A DNA stretch of 64,000 nt from Raillietiella orientalis (lineage: Eukaryota). The position numbers and the translations under genes are program-made. The stretch is taken from contig JAYWIR010000088.1 of the NCBI GenBank assembly GCA_036172245.1, forward strand, positions 1 through 64,000. Reading direction: 5' to 3'. The notes below the pieces were generated by a model. That model was not told the DNA's origin. It searched no databases and was given only the letters and a program-made list of their open reading frames with translations. Shown here piece after piece: positions 10,900 to 22,061 of the stretch (position 1 is its first letter; each line of letters starts with the position of its first letter).

Positions 10900-13707
10900 T
10901 TGAAACCTGGTACGCCGGGACGTTTATGTGTTCAAATAAACTTATATAAACTGTGACTGGACCAGTAGTGCAGCCACGCCCTGGAAACATTCAGCCTGCC
11001 GGGCTACCGGTGCACAGACCGACGCGATCGACCTCGGCAGCAGAGAAGAAAGGGAATCAAAGAGAAAGAACAAAAAGAAATAAACAAAACCGGGATAGGA
11101 GCGGGAAGGGACCACTGTCTGTTGAGAGGGTCCGTCAACTTCTGGAGGATGCACGCAAGCTTTCGCTGAATGGTGGATTCCAGATGGGGCCATCGCGTCG
11201 ACTTCCTCAGGAAACGGGCGGCGTACACGGTGGTGTCCCTGTCGCTGGACACTCCCGTCGCTTTGCTCCAGGCCACGACGATCCCGCGTAGGCAGCACAG
11301 GGTTGCAAGCAAGGCCGCCGCAGGCAGGGCGTCACGGACGAAGAGGGGGCGCAAAGAGTCTCTGGAATTGTCTCCGCAATTCCCCAGGGCCGCGGAAAAG
11401 CGTTACTACAAGGGACGGAGGGCAACACATTCCAGTAACAGGTGATGGAGGTGTTCCCTCTCCCCGCAGCTGACACAATTGGGGTTCACACCCCACCGCG
11501 TCCAGTGGTGTCGGCGGGCGTTGCAGGGGAGGCCTCAATGCGACACCAGTAGTGCCGACTGTTGCCACTTCATGGGGAGGGTGCGCGAGTCCATGGGCAA
11601 CGGGGGCTTCTCCAGATATTCCTCTGGAACACCCAGTAGCTCGTCCCAGCGCAAGAGACCATTTGCGGTGGTCCTCGGGGTCGCAGCGCTGGTGAGCTGA
11701 CCGGTTCTCCAATCCCCGATCTTCTTTGCCCTACTGGTGATCTTGACAGTGAAATTTCATTGTGCCGCGACGTCGCTGCCCAGATGTTCCCGTATTGTAG
11801 GCAGTACCGCAGCAAGTGAGGGACTTTGAGCCCACGCTCTTTTTCGGGGTTCCTCGAAGATTTCTCGGAACGTGCGGTGGGCGTGCGGACCAAACAGAGC
11901 TATTCGCTGTTGTTGCAGGCTCTGCTCCTGAGTCATCGCCCACGTGCGGACGGTTTCCTGCAGCCAGGCAGGACCGTTCGCGGAACGTACGAGGATCCAC
12001 TCCGAGTTGGTCTTCACGAGCTTCGCCGCCCTTCGAAGCTCAAGTCCGCCGTAGCAGATATGGCTTCCGAGTGCAAAGTAGGACGAGAGTCCCGCATTGA
12101 TGGTGGCCCGCTCGACGAGGAGACGTGCAGGGAGGTACCAGGCGGTGCACCAATTTTTTGCCATAAAGGCAACACTCCGGAACAGGAGCTGAAGCTCAAT
12201 CCGCTCCAGCGTCAGGAGGCCAAGACCGCCGTCCCGACGCGGAGCGCACAAGTCCGCGAGACGGACTCGGGGCCTCTTTCTACCCCAAAGGGCTATCCTC
12301 AGGAGGTCCTTCGTCCTTTTCCTAGACTCCGCTGTGTGGGGGCAAACAAAAAGCAAGGGGCGAAGGAGGGGTGCCGCAAACGCGTTCCACGCCGCGGCCC
12401 GTTCCTGCAGGTAGAACCTGCCATCCTGGAACAGGCAGATCGCCGTTTGAGCCTTCTGAAGGCAGCCGGATTACGCTTCCGCAGGGGAGTAGTCCCCCAA
12501 CGGCACACAAAGGTACTTGAAGTACCTCACCGTGGGGATCCCCAAACAGACCCAGTCCTGCTGCTTTGCCGACGCCGCTCCGACTGGCATTACAAATGAC
12601 TGCGCTATGTTCACCATAAGTCCGGTTCCATGATGATGCAGGTCGAAGAACTCCTCGAGCACCGAAGCCGGTGTGGACATAGGGAGCAGCAGCAGAAGGT
12701 CGTCCGCGTATGACGAAACCGCAGGCGCACTGGGACAATCTCGCGGCAGGTGCGCCAGAGTCTCCCTGTACGCTCTCAGAACCAATTCAAAAAAGGCGCT
12801 AAAGAGCAAGGGGCTCAGGCTCTCTCCCTGCCGGATCCAACGTCGCACCGTTACGTTGTGCACGGTTTGCCCGCTGGAAAAAACATTAATGATCGCGTCG
12901 CGCCAGCTGGAGCGCAGGTAGGCCAACTAAGAGGCCGAGAAGCCCAAGCGTTCTAGAAGCCCCAGCAAGAGATTCTGGTCGACGCTGTCGAAAGCTTTAC
13001 GCAAGTCGACAGCGACCGCAAGGGCTCCCTAAAACACCCAACCGTCCCGTCTTTCGCCATCGGACGCACCGGAATTCCGGCTGCTCACTAAGACTGTTTG
13101 CTTGTTGGAGCTCTAATCATGTGGAAGCGTGGAACAGGTTTGCCTCTATGCTTCGCCCGGGAACAGCATAAGTCTGTTCCGGGCTGATGAAGATGTTGGA
13201 AACAGGTCCCAGACTCTCTGCTTACATCTTAGTTATCAACTTGGCGTCCTCATTCACTATTGTGATTGGACGTCAGTTGTTCATGTCCGTATCTCCTGCC
13301 AGCAAGTTTTGCGTGTGCATTTGTGCGCACAACTCGTTGACGTGGTCGTTCAGTGTAACCGGCGCACTTCAAAGCAGGCGCAGGTTGAAGTCACCTGCGA
13401 TCATGTGCGCTTTGTCAACACCTGCTTCGATTAGCCAATCGCCTTCAAGGGCGAGGTAGAATTCTCTTCTTGCATTCGTTCTTAACGCGTATCAACTGCT
13501 AGGAGCGTACAGCTTGGTGACGATCAGGTCGATTGAGTCGGACCAGCTGAGAGTCAGCTGACCGACGCGACCGGAGTCATCAAACCGTACGTGCTTGATT
13601 ACGGCCTCGATGGCTGGCCGAAGCAGGAAGGCGATACCGCTAGATTTCGCGGTGAGGCAGCGCCACAGCAGCTGTGAACCCGAGATCCCTTCGATCTCCT
13701 GCGCTCG
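10900..13707 (-). mobile_element. Family C-like LINE: 3' UTR, RT, internally deleted APE
   Basis: 3' end ATAAACGTCCCGGCGTACCAGGTTTCAA; SYADDLL, RQGESLSP, GGLG. APE is fused to RT at ~13285. Truncated at AQEIEG by the next element. Confidence 0.9.
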
Positions 13708-16533
13708 TACAGTGCCGACGTGTTTCCGCGTCTATCCGTGCCAACGATCGGGCAACTTTGTTCCTTCGTTTTCACTCGCACTTGTGTGTTCCTGGGCAAT
13801 CTGCAGAGCGGCATAGTGCAACATGGCCAGTACACAGGATAGTGTGGAGGAGCAAGCCACTGGATGCACTTCAGCTGCACTTGAAGTGACTGCATCCTCC
13901 GTAATGGTTTCCTCGCCCCCAATGAGGAGTTACGCCGCCGTTACCTCCCAAAGACCAGGACCCTGCGATGCGGAGTTCCAGGCATATGTGTCATCAGCAT
14001 ACATGCCTGCACTCCGTTATAAGGTCAGTGGGCCCCTTAACGGGAGAATCGGTCGTGAGCTCAATGATGAGCTCGTCCGGATCGGCGTTCGCGAGGAGGA
14101 ACTCCTTGCCATAATGCCTGCTGGCAGGATGGAATATACGAAGATTCGGTGCTAGAACGCAGCACTTGTGCAGCGCCTCCTCCGTACGCCGTTGACCATC
14201 AATGACAAGGAATTCCTACCTACCGCGATGGACGACTCTTTTGTCGTTCAATTGTGCGACATCGAACCGGAAATCTCCGACCGCAATGTTGTGAGCGTGC
14301 TGGCGCAGCTCGCCAACGTGCACACCCTGTGGAGGAGGCCGAACTGTTTGAAGGATTTCTCCTCTGTCCACATCGGACAATCCTCGGCGCAAATCACCGT
14401 CGCGAACAGGCGTGTTATGCCTGAGTAGCTGCAGGTGAACGGCACGGTCGTACACCTGTGGTTCATAGGCCAGACTCGCGCGTGCGAGCAGTGCGGCAAG
14501 GATGGGCACCGAATTAAAGAGTGCCCCTCTCCAAGATGCCGCTATTGCAAAGATTCCGGGCACGAAATCAAAAAGTGCCCGGTACTTGCAAGAAAAAGAG
14601 CCGCAGCGGAAATTCGTCGGGTTCAAGAGACCACTGCACGAAAAGCCGCAGCGGCAAATAGAAAACGTCGTTCGCAAAAACTCGCAAAAAACCACGAGCT
14701 ATCCGCGCATGAAAAGAAAGCATCCCCGCCCGCAACGCCCCGAAAGGGGAAAGCCACGGCGGGGAAGCCAATTAAAAAGGGGCGCGAGGGTTTGACGCGT
14801 GCCTTGCCTGTGCTCTCTGCCGAACTCGCAGGCACCTCTCCGAGCCAGGAACCAGGAAATCTCCGTAACACCCTGGAAGGAAGGGTAGGAAAACAGGAAC
14901 ATCGCAACAGTGCGAAGAATTCTTGCCCCGTTCCGTTGTCCCTTCCGAGTTCCGGACAGCCCACTGCAGCGCAGGCCCCTCTGCAAAAGCTACGAAAGCC
15001 GTAAAAAGCAGCGTCGCGACGAGCAAAAGCACGCTGCATACAGTAGCCCTATCGCCCACTTGGCAGGAGAGGAGCAATCTCCCTACTGTCAAGAAGGTGA
15101 CTCCGTTGCCGCCTTTTAAAATCGTAGCAAAAGCAACGCCCCCAGAGAACGCAGCGAAAATCCCGGAGGTTTCCGCAACTACTATCGCTGAAGCCACAGA
15201 AATCGCGAAGGCGAATGAAAGGTTGTAGAGAGGAGGAAAGAAAAATCTCCAAGAAACGCTTAGCAACATACATCCTTGAGCTCTTCCAAAGGAAAAAGCA
15301 GTCGCGCAAATACGAAAACACGCGCGGCTTGTGCCTCTTCCCAGGAAAAAGTCAGCGCCTTCAACGCGTGCAAGTCCGCTTCTGTGACCGCCGAGAAGAC
15401 CATTGCGGTGCAATCGGACGGATGCAAACGCACGTCGATCGTGCGAGCATCAGATTCCTCAAAGGATTCCGATAGCGCAACTAAACGACGCGTCACTCGC
15501 GCGGGAGCGAGCGCTTGCAGGGCTAAAGCCCTGAGGCGTGGCACACTCGCCGCGGAACGGCAAGTGCTCACCCCGAAACACACAGGTTCTGCACCCGGGG
15601 AGGAGCACCCGATTACGTGCAGCACAGTAGAGGCCTTTGGCAAACGCGCCCTCCAGCCCGTTGTGCTGCTTTCTGCCCGCTCGCCGGGTGAGGCGGGCAC
15701 CAAGCCCTCGCTTTCCCAGCCGTGATAAGGGCAATCGCGTCTTCTCGTCGTGTTGCCGTGACGTCTTGGAACGTCAATGGGCTCCAACACGAGGAGAAGA
15801 GGGGACTTGTTGCTCACGCTCTGCGCGCCTTTGACTTGACGCTCCTGCAGGAGATTCACAGCATCTCCGAAGAGCAGGCTTCCGTAATCGAACAACGCGG
15901 GGGCGGAACGCTACTTTATAGGTGCGGCGCTGCACGTACGTGCGGCGTCCCTTTCCTTATGCGAGGAACTTTGACAGGAGCGCTGCGCAGCGTTCGTTTC
16001 GACACGGGAGCCTGAGTGGATCAGCTTCTACTGAAGTGCTCCGACTCCCTCGACCTTGTCGTAACCAACGTGTACGCGCCGAGCGGTGCTTGAGGATGGG
16101 CCGAAAGAATTGAGTTCTTCGGTACCGTTTAAAGCCAGTGGCTCACTCGATCTCACTCTACTGTCTCCCAACTCATTGCGGGGGACTTCGACGTCCACCT
16201 GCTTTCCGATAATAGCTTCCACAAAAGGGAAAAGTTGCTAGCGGAAGAGATGTCCGCATCCGTGCATGCGTGCAACTTGTTCGCTAGCGACTCTGTGATA
16301 ACAGCCACGCCGGATCAAATATATCTTGATGAACACTTGCTCTCTCGAGTGAGACGGAAAGGTCCTGTGCCGTCCCTGCTTTCAGACCACAACAGGCTCA
16401 AATTCGAGTTGCTCCTGCCAGGCAAGGGACCTACAAACAGTTTTTGTAGGATGCCGGCAGAGTGGCTAAGCCACTCGGAGGCGTCTGTGCATCTTCGCCA
16501 GTACCTCCTCGGGTTTGCCATGAGTAAGCTCGA
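13708..16533 (+). mobile_element. Family B LINE, 5' half (5' UTR, ORF1 13823-15725, APE 15725-16533)
   Basis: Starts ACAGTGCCGACGTG; RSYAAV, CEQCGKDGHRIKEC, CRYCKDSGHEIKKC; WNVNG, LQEIH, GDFD, LSDH. Ends LLGFAMSKLD. Confidence 0.92.
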
Positions 16534-16758
16534 TTTTCAACCGGTTGCGCTGGGGTGTTTGTTCTTTGGAATAAAACAAACGTTGGTCACTGACCAGGTA
16601 GTCCGACCACACACTGGTATACAAAATTAAGCCTACCGTTCCACTGGCTCGTATTCTGGCGCGGTCCACCACGAAAGCAGAGGGGCCAAAGACAAGACAA
16701 AAAATAAAACAAATAAAATAAATATATAAAATTAAGATCTGGGGGGCACCAGAAGGGA

Positions 16759-19700
16759 TCACAGTCTGCTGTGGGGCCGTTAAATCCTTTGCAGGATACC
16801 GGCAAGCTGTTTTTGGATGTTTGAATCCAGATGATTCCATCCTGTCGCCGTCCGCAGAAATTCGGCTGCGCACTGGACAGCACCCTTATCGCGAGGTCCT
16901 CCCGTTGCTTTGCTCCATGCAGCGACGATCCCGCGAAAGCAGCACAAAGCTGCTAACGAGGCCGAGGGCCGAAGGGCGTCGCAAACGAAGAGGGATCTGA
17001 TTGCGTCTCTGGGGTTGCCACAGAGGTTAACGATTGCCGCGGTAAAACGCTTCAAAAGGGGCCGAAGAGCCACACAATCCAAAAGGAGGTGAGCGAGGGA
17101 CTTCCGTTCTCAACACCTCGCACAATTAGGGCTCACCGCTTTTCAGGTCCAATGCTGTCGGCGGGCGTTGCAGGGGAGTCCCCAATGCAGCAACAATAGC
17201 GCCGACTCCTGCCATTTCAAAAAGACGGTAGAGGTGTTCATCAGCACCGGGGGCCACTTTAATTGTTGCCGCGGAACATTTAGCAGCTCGCCCTAGTGCA
17301 ATAGACAAATAGGGGTGGTAGTCCCGGCCCCGGTATCGCAGAGAATTCCCGTTTTCCATTCCCCTATCTTTTTCTCCGTACCGGAGATTTTCATGTAAAA
17401 ATCCCATTTCGCAGCAGTGTTGCTGTTAAAATGTTTGCGAGCGGAAACAGCATTGCAGCGAGGGGAGTTTTTCTTGCCCACGCTCGTTTTTAAGGGTTCT
17501 CCAGGAAGTCCCGGAGCGTACGGCGGTCATTACGGGCGGAGTATTGTTTCTGCCTTTCTTATATGCGTTGCTGGTTGCTCTTCGCCCACGTCTCAAGCGT
17601 TTCCTGCAGCCATGGAGATCCGTTAACAAGGCGACAGCAGAGCCATCCTGCGTTCTTCCTCATCAAGTCAGCCACTCTCCATAGCTGCAACCCGCAGTGA
17701 CCGACTTGGCGGCGAAGACGGAGCGCCAGGAAGGATGACACTTTCACCTCGCCTGTACCCTTTTCGACGAGGAGACGTGCGCGCTCGCAGCAGCTGCTAT
17801 TCCAATATTTCGCCACTTGGGCGAGTAAGGGAAACTGGAGCTGGAGCTCCAGCTGCTCTAGCGTCATGAGGCCGATACCGCCGTCCCGTCGCGGAGTGCT
17901 CAAGTCCTAAAGCCGGACTAGGGCCCTCCCATTACTCAACACAGAAATCCTTAGGAGGTCCTTCGTCCGCTTTTTAGTCTCTGTGGTAGGGGGACAAACA
18001 AAAAGCCGGGTAACGAGGAGGTGCGCCGCGAATGCGTTCCACACCGCGGCCCGTTCCGGCAGAAAAAACCTGCAACCTTGGAACGGGCAGATCGCCGTCT
18101 CTACCTTTTCAAGGCTGCTGAACCACGCATCCGAAAGAAGATAATCAACCATCATTATACCGAGGAAATTGAAATACCGTACAGTGGGGATCCCCAAACG
18201 GAACCAGTCAGGCTGCCCTGCCCGCGACACACCGATTGGCATGACGGACGACTTCGCCCTGTTCACCACAAGCCCGGTTTCCCGACTTAGCAGCTCGAAG
18301 AACTCCTCGACCGCCGATGCCGAGGTGGTCATAGGGAGCAGCAGCAGTAGGTCGTCCGCATATGCTGACACCGCGGGCGTACCGAAATAGTCGCGCGGCA
18401 AGTGCGCTAGAGTTTCCCTGTAAGCTCTCACTACCAACTCGAAGTAGGTACTCAAGAGCAAGGGACTCAGGCTCTCTCCCTACCGTATGCCGCGTCCCAT
18501 CGGTACTCCGTGCACGGTGTGTCCACTGAAAAGGATCTAGATGAGCGCGTCGCGCCAGCAGTATCGCAGGTAGGTCAGCAAAGAGACCGGGAAGCTCAAG
18601 CGTTCCAGAAGCTTCAGGAGGACCCCCTGGACGACACAGTCGGATGCTTTATGCAAATGGACTGGGACTTCGAGAGCTCCCTCCCCCCCCAACTACCCCG
18701 TTTCCTAGCGGCGGATATTTTGGAAGTCCGGTTGCCCATCCTGACTTTTTCCTGTTAAATCGCGAAAAAGGAGCAGGCGAGGAACAGGTTTTCATCCATG
18801 CTCCACCCGGGAACAGCATATGTCTCCTCCGGGCTAATGAAGCTTCATGCTAACCGCCCCAGACGTTCAGCATACAATTTCGCCAGCAACTTGGGGTCCG
18901 CGTTTATCACGGTAATCGGCCGCTAGTTGCTGATTCTCCGAAGGTCTCCTCCCTTAGGGAGGAGACGCACCATTGCCGAACGAAACGAGGCGGGGACGTC
19001 GCCCGTTTCTCGGATCAGCAAGGTGAGTTGCTTCACCAGAGGAGTGAGCTCCGCCGCAAAACATTGAAAAAGTTCCGATGGCAGCCATCCTCTCATGGAG
19101 CCTTCCGCCTCTTGAGCTTTTGGATGGCCGAGATGATCTCGCCCATCGTGAAAGGCTCGTCGAGGTTCTTCCTATCTTTCTCTTCGATCGCGGCAGCGCC
19201 CTCGGGAAGAAGAAGTCGCGAGACATCCCGTTCCGGTGGAGCGGCGCGTACTGGGAGGAGTAGAATTTTTTTGATAGTCCATTTACCTGGGCGGGGGCCG
19301 AGTGCTCCGTACCCTGGTCGTCCAGTAAGCTGGCAGACCCGGATTGCCACGCCTGCCTCTCGGCTCCCTCACAGTATTCGGCTAGCCTGCGTACGTCTGG
19401 TGTTCGTGCGTAACATCGAGATTGTAAATACCATATCTCGTTACGCACGCTTTCACCAAACCTGGCAGGCAGGAGGTTCATAGGGAACTCGTCGCAGAAA
19501 TTCAGGACCGAGCTCTTGAAACGGTCCCAGTCCTGAAACGTCTGCAAGCTGTAACCTCGTATGAATCCGCGGAGATGCTCCGAGTCTTCCGAAAGTTTCA
19601 GCCAGTCCCCCAGTAAGCGCCACGCAGATGACGGCGGACTCCTATCGCGTGGGCGCACCTCGAGTACGATCCGGTCATTGTCCGACAGTTCCGACGATAA

Positions 19701-20342
19701 CTTGCCGCGCCTGCCCACGCGTGAGCATAGGTGTTGGTCAAGAAACACGTGATCTATGCTGTGGTCGATTTTTGGTTCTCACGCGAACAAGTTGCGCGTG
19801 TGCATCTCTGCGCACAGCTCGTTTACGCGGTTCCGAAGTGTGTCGGACGCACCTGACAGCTGGCGCAGGTTAAAGTCACCTGCCTTTAGGTGCGCCTTGC
19901 GCACTCCCGCTTCGTCCAGATATTCGCGCCTGAGGGTAAGAAAGAAATCTCTCCTTGCCGTTGCCCTTATCGCGTCGCTGCTGCTTGGGGCGTAGACGTT
20001 GGTAATGACCAGATCGATGGAGTCAGACCACCTGATGGTCAACTGCCCGAAGCGACCGGCACTATCGAACCGTACGCCCTTTGCCGTTGCCTCGACAGCT
20101 GGACGAAGCAGGAACGCGACACCGCAAGATTTAACGGTGCCGCAACGCCTCAGCAGCCGTCCAACCAAGATACCCTCGATCTCCGTTGCCTGATCTGTGG
20201 GGATCACGCGGATCTCTTACAGCAGCACCAGGTCTAACGACGTCAGGGTGGAGGCCACGTCTCGTTTCGTGCTGTCGTCGCTTACCCCGTTGACGTTATT
20301 ACAGGCAATTCACACACCGAGGCCAGAGGCGATTCCCGGCCT
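16759..20342 (-). pseudogene. ORF2 of the family C copy, disrupted
   Basis: NVNG, HLKAGDFN, LSDN; AYADDLL; DGGIGL; C-terminal DALRPSASLAALCCFRGIV. Confidence 0.9.
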
Positions 20343-21954
20343 TAAGGCTGGGAACGTGGTGTTGCAGCACCTGTCAACGGACAGGTGGGAGGGACGAGTA
20401 AGGGGACCGCGGCCGTCTCAGGCACTTGAAGCACCTGGGGCACAGACTCTACCCTTTCCCTCCCTCCGAAGTCGCAGGGTGAGGTTACCTCTCGAGGATA
20501 GTCCCCGGAGTTCCCCACTTTATTGGCACGCTCGCTTTCCTCAATTATCTCTTCCTTTTCCACGGAGTGGAGAATTTTGCGGGTAGCCTCTTTCGTGCAA
20601 TTGGCCTTTGGTCGGGAGACCGCGATGCCGCAGGCTGTGTTTTCCGCCTCTGCGTCAGAGTTCGGAATCTCCGACTTCTTGATCGAGGTCGGACGCCATA
20701 AGGCCTTTTCCGCGGATTTAAGGGGACGCTGCAAGGATGCAGCGAGCTTCTCCGCCGCCCGCTCAAAGGCGACATCGTCGAGCATGCGTTCGACGACGGA
20801 CGCCACCGCCAAGTCGATAGCCTCCGGCATGAATTTGCCGGAGGGCTGAATGTCGGCAGCGACGTGTGCTATTTAGCCGCTCTGTTCGACCGCAAGAATG
20901 CGCTTGATGACGACAGAGCAGCGTTTGATATTTTCGCGACGCGGCAAATTCTCGCTACGTTTCGCGACATTTTTTCTTACCTCCTTGAGGCTTTTCTGCC
21001 TCTTGGATTTTACTACCTGCCATCCAGGATCCTGGCTGTTCTTCTCGATCTTGTCCGAGTTTTCCGAGATCTCGAAGCTGACCTTCAACTGGGACACGAT
21101 AGTTGCTTTTCGAGCGGCTTCTCTCTCTTGGGCTGCCTGAACTCGTGTTTTTCTCGCCGCGCGCTTCTTGTCATTCCGTGCGGACGCGACGCGGACTTCA
21201 TCTTGCAGGCACACTGGAAGAGTGTGCTCGGGTTGCTTGCTTTGCTTGCACTGCAATTGGGGGCACCTTTTTTCAGGTTCCCTGAAGTGCTGCAATGCCC
21301 TCAGAATTGCGGCTTACCAACATACCAGATGTCAACCTCCACCTTTTTTCGTAGGGTACAACACTAGCGGACAGTGATGCGCGCGGAAGCAATAACGCAA
21401 TTGAGGAGATCGTACTCCCAAAACGGATTCGGCCTTTTCCACAACGCGTCGACAGTTCCAAATTTAACTAGTTACTTTCGGACAGCCTTTTCGGCCATCC
21501 GGAAGGCGATTTCGAGGAAATGGATTACGATAAATCTATCTTCCGTGATGGTGAGGAGCCGGCGATTCCCTAAAGGAACAGGTGTACGCAGCAGACGCTG
21601 AGCAAGACTTGCTTCTTTGCAAATGACATCAACGTACTGTCCACCACTCATGATGGTCATCGCCATGAGCTCCTCCTGTGGTACTTTGAGGGAGTGCATC
21701 GCTTTTGAGAAAGCGCCTGCACTCTCAAAGGAGTAAAGGTTGCCTACCTTGTAGAGTAGAGTAGGATTGTACCGGTCCTCCAGGTAGGCTTTTACCTTAG
21801 CCGCAGCCGCTTGCGTTGGAGCCGCAGCTACGGAACACCAGCTTCTCCCTAGCGAGGGAGTCGCTACTGTGGGGGCGGTTGCCCCCACATCCATTGATTC
21901 AGGAGGCGACATAGACGTCACCTCCTCCCTAACATTGGTGGTTGTCCCAGGCAT
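20342..21954 (-). pseudogene. ORF1 of the family C copy, disrupted
   Basis: MPGTTT..RSWCSVAA..LAQRLLRTP; degenerate knuckles (KRCPQLQCKQSKQPEH); ends RSQP*. Confidence 0.8.
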
Positions 21955-22061
21955 TAATGCCTAGCCACCACCGAATTCACTGGCACACCAAGAAAAAAAA
22001 GAAAAAAAATAAAACCATAAACGGTCAAGAGCGAAACAAAAACCCGTGCTCTCTCACTAGA

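Larger units (their letters stand above)
16534..22056 (-). mobile_element. Full-length (5.5 kb) family C LINE
   Basis: 5' UTR, ORF1 21954-20342, ORF2 ~20342-16759, 3' UTR and terminal motif. Flanks CTCGA (16529-16533) and CTAGA (22057-22061) are a candidate short TSD. Confidence 0.92.
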
